NCBI GenBank assembly: GCA_964525185.1
Contig: CAZGFQ010000004.1
Location: forward strand, 26,890 to 90,889
DNA length: 64,000 nucleotides
Direction: 5' to 3'
Origin: an uncultured bacterium
GTDB taxonomy: Bacteria; Fidelibacterota; Marinisomatia; Marinisomatales; UBA1611
Position 1 is the first letter of the stretch, and each line of letters starts with the position of its first letter. The position numbers and the translations under genes were made by a program. This document shows positions 58,774 through 64,000 of this stretch, piece by piece. The notes under the pieces are model-generated. The model saw only the letters and a program-made list of their open reading frames with translations, did no database searches and was not told the origin of the DNA.

Positions 58774-59189
58774 GGTTCTACAATGCCTTTTATAGACAAG
58801 ATTTCCCACCCATTATAAGCTAAAGTTGAATCGTCTGAAATAAGAACAACAGGGTATAGGCTTTCAGGGTTTTGGAAAAATAAAACTAAATCTTTATACA
58901 GTGATGTTGAATCTGGCTCCAATGCAATGTTGTGTGTAAAAAACAATCCTTTAGTTATAACTTGATTGGGTGTTTCTACAGAAACCTCTATTTCCCACCC
59001 TGATAGAATTTCATCCGATATATTATTAATAAGCCAGTCCGTTTTAATATAGCCATCATATCCATCAATGGTTATTTTTTGGACATTTGCTTCAATATCT
59101 ACATACTCGGTTTTGGGCAATTCGTCAGTTAGGCTACAACCTAAAATTGTTAGGCAAAAAAGAACTAAAAAGTAACGATTTAGTGACAT
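58770..59189 (-). CDS. Small lipoprotein, hypothetical
   Basis: Start set at the Met giving MSLNRYFLVLFCLTILGCS (lipobox). The track ORF extends to 59225. Its 3' end overlaps the convergent beta-helix gene by 4 nt. Confidence 0.55.
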   Translation of the reverse strand: MSLNRYFLVLFCLTILGCSLTDELPKTEYVDIEANVQKITIDGYDGYIKTDWLINNISDEILSGWEIEVSVETPNQVITKGLFFTHNIALEPDSTSLYKDLVLFFQNPESLYPVVLISDDSTLAYNGWEILSIKGIVEP

Positions 59190-59293
59190 TATTTGTGTTT
59201 TATTAATTGAATGAGTTTGATTCATTGGTAATTTCGATGCTGAAAATAAACAGCTTTCAATCTTTTTGGAAGCTCGAAAGTTAAGAGGCTAAA

Positions 59294-60319
59294 ATGAAAC
59301 CCATAAATATTGCGCTATTTGGATTTGGACGAATCGGTCGGAATCTGTTTAGGCAAGGATATAAAAATCCAAATTTTAATTTTGTTGCAATCAGTGACCT
59401 AGGCCCAGCTGAATCACTCCATTACCTACTATCTCGTGACTCCATTCATGGTCCTATTGATAATGAAGTGACACTGGAAGGTCATTATTTAGTGGCAAAT
59501 GATCAAAAAATAAGAATATTACCAGGCGGTGAACCGGGGCAAATTCCTTGGGATTCATTGGATGTAGATGTTGTTATTGATGCAACAGGTAAATACAAAG
59601 ATGTATCAGATTTAAATAAACATATTGAAGCAGGCGCAAAGCGAGTCATTGTAACTGTACCACCTGAAAATGATGTTGATCGTATTGTTGTTCTTGGAAT
59701 TAATGATAGTGATATAGCATTTTCTGATAAAATTATATCAACTACATCTTCAACCACACAAGTGTTAGCACTTATGTTAAAAATGTTGGATGAAAAATTT
59801 GGTGTAAAACGGGCTATGATGACAACAGTCCATGCTTACACGTCAGATCAACCTTTGGCAGATACTGCACAAAGTGATTTGCGTCGAAGTCGATCAGCTG
59901 TAGAAAATATTATTCCAAATAAAACATGGGCTCCAGAATTGGTTGGAAAATTAATGCCCAAATTTGAAGGTAAAGTTGAAGGAACTGCTTTTAATGTTCC
60001 TGTTCCTGATGGCTCAGCTGTTGACTTAACAACAGATCTTCAAAATCTCCCATCTATAGAAGACGCAAATGAAGCAATTCGCACATTTGCTGATGGTGCT
60101 TTAAATGGTATTGTAGGGTTTACAGATGATCCAATCGTTTCCAGTGATGTCATTGGCAGAAGTGAAACAATGCTTTATGATGCAAAAGCTACAATGATTA
60201 CCGCAAACAAATTATTGAAAACAGTATGTTGGTATGATAATGGTTGGGGATTTTCTGCACGAATTTTAGAATTAATTGAAGCTTATCAAACATTGGAAAA
60301 TGAAGGGGGCGAATCATGA
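59294..60319 (+). CDS. GAPDH-family paralogue lacking the catalytic cysteine (Ser153 in its place)
   Basis: 341 aa. FGFGRIGR Rossmann motif and TTVHAYTSDQ retained. KIISTTSSTTQVLAL aligns to KIISNASCTTNCLAP of the neighbouring gene (Cys to Ser, codon TCA 59750-59752). STGAAKAV is replaced by NKTWAPELV. Confidence 0.8.
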   Translation: MKPINIALFGFGRIGRNLFRQGYKNPNFNFVAISDLGPAESLHYLLSRDSIHGPIDNEVTLEGHYLVANDQKIRILPGGEPGQIPWDSLDVDVVIDATGKYKDVSDLNKHIEAGAKRVIVTVPPENDVDRIVVLGINDSDIAFSDKIISTTSSTTQVLALMLKMLDEKFGVKRAMMTTVHAYTSDQPLADTAQSDLRRSRSAVENIIPNKTWAPELVGKLMPKFEGKVEGTAFNVPVPDGSAVDLTTDLQNLPSIEDANEAIRTFADGALNGIVGFTDDPIVSSDVIGRSETMLYDAKATMITANKLLKTVCWYDNGWGFSARILELIEAYQTLENEGGES

Positions 60320-61314
60320 GAGTAGCCATTAATGGATTTGGACGGATTGGACGATCTGTTTTCAGGATCATGAATGAACGAGAAAATATAGATGTAGTTG
60401 CTATTAATGATTTAGCAGATAATGACGCATTAGCCTATTTACTTAAGTATGATACTGTCATGGGCCGATTCAAAGATACGGTAACTACTGAGGGTGATAT
60501 TCTAAAAACATCTTCGAATACTATAAAAATGTTAAACCAGCGAGATCCATCTCAACTTCCATGGGATGAAATGGATGTAGATATTGTAGTTGAAGCTACA
60601 GGTATCTTTAGAACACGTGAATTATTGAATAAACACTTAGATGCTGGTGCAAAGCGAATTATCCTGACCGTACCTGCTAAAGAACCTATTGATAATATGG
60701 TTGTAATTGGCGTGAACGATGATACATTAAAACCTGAGCATAAAATTATATCCAATGCGAGTTGTACAACCAATTGTTTAGCTCCAATGGCAAAAATACT
60801 TCAAGATAATTTTGGTATTGATAATGGTGTTATTAATACGATTCATGCTTACACAAATGATCAAAGGCTAGCGGACGTTCCTCATTCAGATTGGAGACGA
60901 AGTCGTGCTGCTGCCGAAAATGTGATTCCTACATCAACCGGAGCTGCAAAAGCTGTTGGTAAAGTCCTACCTGAATTAGAAGGAAAACTGGACGGTATTG
61001 CAATGCGCGTGCCAGTCCCAGATGGTTCAGTTGTAGATGCTGTGTTTACATTAGAACAAGATGTGACTGAAACTCAGCTAAATGAAGCTGTTTATGAAGC
61101 ATCTCAATCAGAAAGATTAGCAAATATAATTGAGTATTCAACTTTGCCCGTTGTTTCAACTGATATTATTGGTAATCCGCACTCCTCTATATTTGATGCA
61201 CCATTTACAAAAGTAGTAGAAGGAAATATGGTTAAAACATTAAACTGGTATGACAATGAGTGGGGTTATTCAAACCGCGTTGTTGATCTTATTGGTTTAG
61301 TTTCTGATTTGTAG
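60316..61314 (+). CDS. gap: Glyceraldehyde-3-phosphate dehydrogenase (type I, canonical)
   Basis: 332 aa. INGFGRIGR, SNASCTTNCLAP, TIHAYTNDQ, TSTGAAKAVGKVLP, WYDNEWGYS. ATGA overlap with the upstream paralogue. Confidence 0.95.
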   Translation: MRVAINGFGRIGRSVFRIMNERENIDVVAINDLADNDALAYLLKYDTVMGRFKDTVTTEGDILKTSSNTIKMLNQRDPSQLPWDEMDVDIVVEATGIFRTRELLNKHLDAGAKRIILTVPAKEPIDNMVVIGVNDDTLKPEHKIISNASCTTNCLAPMAKILQDNFGIDNGVINTIHAYTNDQRLADVPHSDWRRSRAAAENVIPTSTGAAKAVGKVLPELEGKLDGIAMRVPVPDGSVVDAVFTLEQDVTETQLNEAVYEASQSERLANIIEYSTLPVVSTDIIGNPHSSIFDAPFTKVVEGNMVKTLNWYDNEWGYSNRVVDLIGLVSDL

Positions 61315-61321
61315 AAAAAGT

Positions 61322-63274
61322 CTAATGACCGGATAGCTCTGGAATATGTTTATATAATTCTAGGCTATCCGGGTTAGCTAAAGCATCTTTATTGGTGACT
61401 TCTTCACCATCAATTACTTTTTTCACTGCCACTTCAATTTTTTTCCCATTTATTGTATAAGGTATATCATCAATGGGTAATATAATTGATGGTACATGGC
61501 GCGGTGAACAATGGTCCTTTATTAATGCTTTTATATGTGAAATTATTTCATCTGTTAATGGCGTCTCAGTTTTTAACTTAAGAAATAAAACGATTCGTTG
61601 ATCGCCTTCCCAATCTTGTCCAATGACAAGACTATCTTCGATATAATTTAGGTTTTCAACAACACGATATATTTCAGCTGTCCCAATTCGAACACCTCCT
61701 GGATTCAAGGTAGCATCACTTCGTCCAAATATTTTAATACCACCATATTCAGAAATACGGATAAAGTCGCCATGATGCCATGTATTTGGGAATAATCCAA
61801 AATATGCATTATGATATTTTATGCCATCGGGGTCATTCCAAAAATAAATTGGCATAGAAGGAAAAGCTGTTTTGCAGGCTAATTCTCCTTTTTCATTTAT
61901 CAAGGAATGTCCCGCATGATCTAAAGCATGTACATCCATTCCAAGGCCTCGACACTGCAATTCACCACGAACCACTGGAAGCATAGGATTCCCTAATGCA
62001 AAACATGATACAATATCTGTTCCTCCAGAAATGGATGCGAGTAATACATTTTTCTTTATTTTTGAATACACATAATCAAAACTTTCTTCAACAAGCGGTG
62101 AACCTGTCGATAGTATAGTTTCCAGTGATGACAAGTCTGCGTCCCGACGTGGGTTTATATTCGCTTCCTTGCTTGCATCAATAAATTTGGCACTCGTCCC
62201 AAAAATGGTGATTTTTAATTCGTCTACCATATTCCACATGGTATATCCATCTGGATAAAAAGGAGATCCATCAAATAATACAACGGTAGCCCCAACCGCT
62301 AAAGATGAAACAAGCCAATTCCACATCATCCACCCACATGTTGTGAAGTAAAAAATGGTATCATCTCTTGAAAGATCGCAATGTAATCTGAGCTCTTTTA
62401 AATGTTGTATAAGGGTACCACCTGCAGAATGAACAATAGATTTTGGTAATCCTGTCGTTCCTGAAGAATACATAATATATAAGGGGTGATCGAACGGCAA
62501 CTGTTCAAAGATTAATGGATCAGGATTTGTAGACAGAAATTCCCTATAGTGAACTGCATTTTCAATATGAGTGATATGTGGTTTTTTTTCAGTATATCCT
62601 ATTATAATAACTTTTTCGATAGACGGTAGAGATTTTAGAATTTTGGAAAGTTTTTCTAAAGAGTCGAACGTTTTCCCATTATAATAATAGCCATTTGCTG
62701 CAAAAATGACTTTCGGTTCAATTTGGGTAAACCGGTCTAATACACCTTTAATACCAAAATCTGGAGATGATGAGCTCCAAATGGCTCCGATTGAAGCAGT
62801 TGCCAACATAGCAATAATGGCTTGAGGCATATTGGGTATAAATCCTGCAACGCGATCTCCTTTTTTTACTCCTAACTCACGTAAAGAATGGGCAAGTTGT
62901 TCTACTTCGTTATAAAGGTCACTATAGGAATATGTTTGTGTGGGTTGTCCTTCCCCTTTGAATTGAATGGCTGGATTGTTGTCGCGATATTTTAATAAGT
63001 TTTCTGCATAGTTCAATTTTGTACCAGAAAACCATTTTGCCCCAGGCATTTTTTTTTCATCATCGACAACTTGATGAAATGGTGCAGAATGTATAATGTT
63101 TGAATAATCCCAAAATTCACTCCAGAATTCCGACACATGATGAACAGACCAATTATGAAATTCATCATAAGATGAAAAATGAAGAGGAGTATTTGCATTT
63201 ACTCTACTTATAAATTGAGCCATTTGAGATTTTTCAGGGTGGCTAGGTTCCCAAAGGATAGTATCTTTTTTCAT
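61322..63274 (-). CDS. Acetoacetate--CoA ligase (acetoacetyl-CoA synthetase)
   Basis: 650 aa. N-terminus ILWEPS...MAQF typical of AacS, AMP-binding motif YSSGTTGLPK. Confidence 0.88.
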   Translation of the reverse strand: MKKDTILWEPSHPEKSQMAQFISRVNANTPLHFSSYDEFHNWSVHHVSEFWSEFWDYSNIIHSAPFHQVVDDEKKMPGAKWFSGTKLNYAENLLKYRDNNPAIQFKGEGQPTQTYSYSDLYNEVEQLAHSLRELGVKKGDRVAGFIPNMPQAIIAMLATASIGAIWSSSSPDFGIKGVLDRFTQIEPKVIFAANGYYYNGKTFDSLEKLSKILKSLPSIEKVIIIGYTEKKPHITHIENAVHYREFLSTNPDPLIFEQLPFDHPLYIMYSSGTTGLPKSIVHSAGGTLIQHLKELRLHCDLSRDDTIFYFTTCGWMMWNWLVSSLAVGATVVLFDGSPFYPDGYTMWNMVDELKITIFGTSAKFIDASKEANINPRRDADLSSLETILSTGSPLVEESFDYVYSKIKKNVLLASISGGTDIVSCFALGNPMLPVVRGELQCRGLGMDVHALDHAGHSLINEKGELACKTAFPSMPIYFWNDPDGIKYHNAYFGLFPNTWHHGDFIRISEYGGIKIFGRSDATLNPGGVRIGTAEIYRVVENLNYIEDSLVIGQDWEGDQRIVLFLKLKTETPLTDEIISHIKALIKDHCSPRHVPSIILPIDDIPYTINGKKIEVAVKKVIDGEEVTNKDALANPDSLELYKHIPELSGH

Positions 63275-63375
63275 GGTTGATTCAGAATAAATATGATTGT
63301 CAAACAGGAGAGTTTAACGAAATTGAATAAAAGAAAAAAAGAATGAACGGCTAAAGTAGCTTAATAAACTATATG

Positions 63376-64000
63376 TTAAAAATTTTCTTGATGAAATATA
63401 AAGTTGTATTTTGATCCATTTTTTTCTAATTGTTTTCCTACTGCAGGATGTCCACAAAAAAAGATTTCTACATTTTTATTGCCTTGTTCTTTAGAAATTG
63501 TATCAAAAAGTTGATCCCAGTTTGGGCGACCAAAATTTGTTTTTACTTTTAAACCAGTTATGAGGTCCACTTTTGTTTTTTTATGCTTCATATCCATAGC
63601 TATATATAGCATATTCGATTTCATATCTTTTTTAGATTGAGTGCCCGTCAAATAAATGTTTAAATCAAAATATTTATTTATATCTTTTTCCTCTATATCA
63701 GCTAACAGATCCACAAACCATTCAAAAGAATTTTGTCCCCTGTTTTGCCAATAAAAATAGATTTTATCAGGATGGTTATCCGAATTTTCATTATATATCT
63801 TATGCAATAAACTTTTTAAAATAGATGAATATGGCGTTACACCAATTCCGGTTGCTACAAGTATGGCAACATTAGATTCAAAAACTTTATCACTAGGCGT
63901 ACCATATGGTCCATCAATTAGTACGGGTAATTTGACTTTTTCATCCATTGATTTTTCATGTTGTAATTTTTTAAAGTAGTTAAAAAGGTTTCCAGTCCAA
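63376..64000 (-). CDS. NADPH-oxidase (NOX)/ferric-reductase-family protein, C-terminal dehydrogenase domain; 5' end runs off the window
   Basis: The frame stays open past the track Met to the window edge (..WTGNLFNYFKKLQHEKSMDEK..). IDGPYGTPS, LVATGIGVTPYSSILKSL, FFCGHPA and the C-terminal FIFHQENF mirror the NOX FAD/NADPH domain and its ..HKENF terminus. Confidence 0.75.
   Translation of the reverse strand, partial: WTGNLFNYFKKLQHEKSMDEKVKLPVLIDGPYGTPSDKVFESNVAILVATGIGVTPYSSILKSLLHKIYNENSDNHPDKIYFYWQNRGQNSFEWFVDLLADIEEKDINKYFDLNIYLTGTQSKKDMKSNMLYIAMDMKHKKTKVDLITGLKVKTNFGRPNWDQLFDTISKEQGNKNVEIFFCGHPAVGKQLEKNGSKYNFIFHQENF

Noticed and set aside
59226-59242. Second sigma-54-like element, TGGTAATTTCGATGCT, upstream of the GAPDH pair.
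   Set aside because: Only the GG and GC dinucleotides and their spacing match. The flanking consensus positions are poor, so a chance match is likely in AT-rich DNA.
1-64000. CRISPR arrays, transposases, integrases, prophage modules, toxin-antitoxin pairs and classical defence systems.
   Set aside because: No direct-repeat/spacer periodicity, no recombinase, transposase or nuclease-helicase-type ORFs, and no long DNA repeats were noticed on either strand. A computational repeat search would be needed to exclude short dispersed repeats.

Overview
Visibly AT-rich, densely coding bacterial chromosomal segment, mostly core metabolism and housekeeping. No rRNA, CRISPR array, transposase or integrase was recognised.

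Gene content in order:
- CoA-transferase, thiolase and aminotransferase (minus strand); C69 dipeptidase; a large TonB-dependent receptor.
- glyQS, a CcmH-like gene, topA, hisS and small exported proteins including RidA.
- EnvC-like gene, holB, metG.
- A 10-gene branched-chain amino-acid operon: ilvD-ilvB-ilvN-ilvC-leuB-leuA-leuC-leuD-cimA-ilvE.
- queD-yhhQ-folE.
- lpdA-lipB-fused E1-E2-lipA (2-oxoacid dehydrogenase plus lipoylation).
- lon, tRNA-Val(UAC), a cold-shock protein.
- An accessory-looking stretch of hypothetical and small membrane proteins, a malic enzyme and a T9SS-tailed beta-helix protein.
- A second TonB receptor with a beta-helix lipoprotein.
- Two tandem GAPDH-family genes, acetoacetyl-CoA synthetase, and a partial NOX-like oxidoreductase at the right edge.

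Lineage (inference only): the T9SS C-terminal sorting domain, CarboxypepD_reg-type TonB receptors and the fused E1 alpha/beta suggest an FCB-superphylum-like, possibly uncultured marine lineage.

Main hunt results:
1. Two genes are invisible to the ORF track because each is split by one in-frame TGA. In both, the TGA falls at a redox-active Cys position: a HesB/IscA-like protein at 43046-43324, and a thioredoxin-fold UxxC domain fused to a beta-helix and a T9SS tail at 51408-52934. Each has a small hairpin with GG in its apical loop 16-18 nt downstream. TGA is otherwise a normal stop here. These are candidate selenoproteins.
2. A 47-codon mini-ORF ending in 16 Ile/Leu/Val out of 20 codons lies 139 nt upstream of ilvD. 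It is a candidate leader-peptide attenuator.
3. A GAPDH paralogue with Ser in place of the catalytic Cys overlaps a canonical gap gene by 4 nt.
4. An exact TGGCAC-N5-TTGC sigma-54-type element sits inside a nested inverted repeat 30 nt upstream of lon.

All RNA folds and family assignments were made by eye and need computational confirmation.
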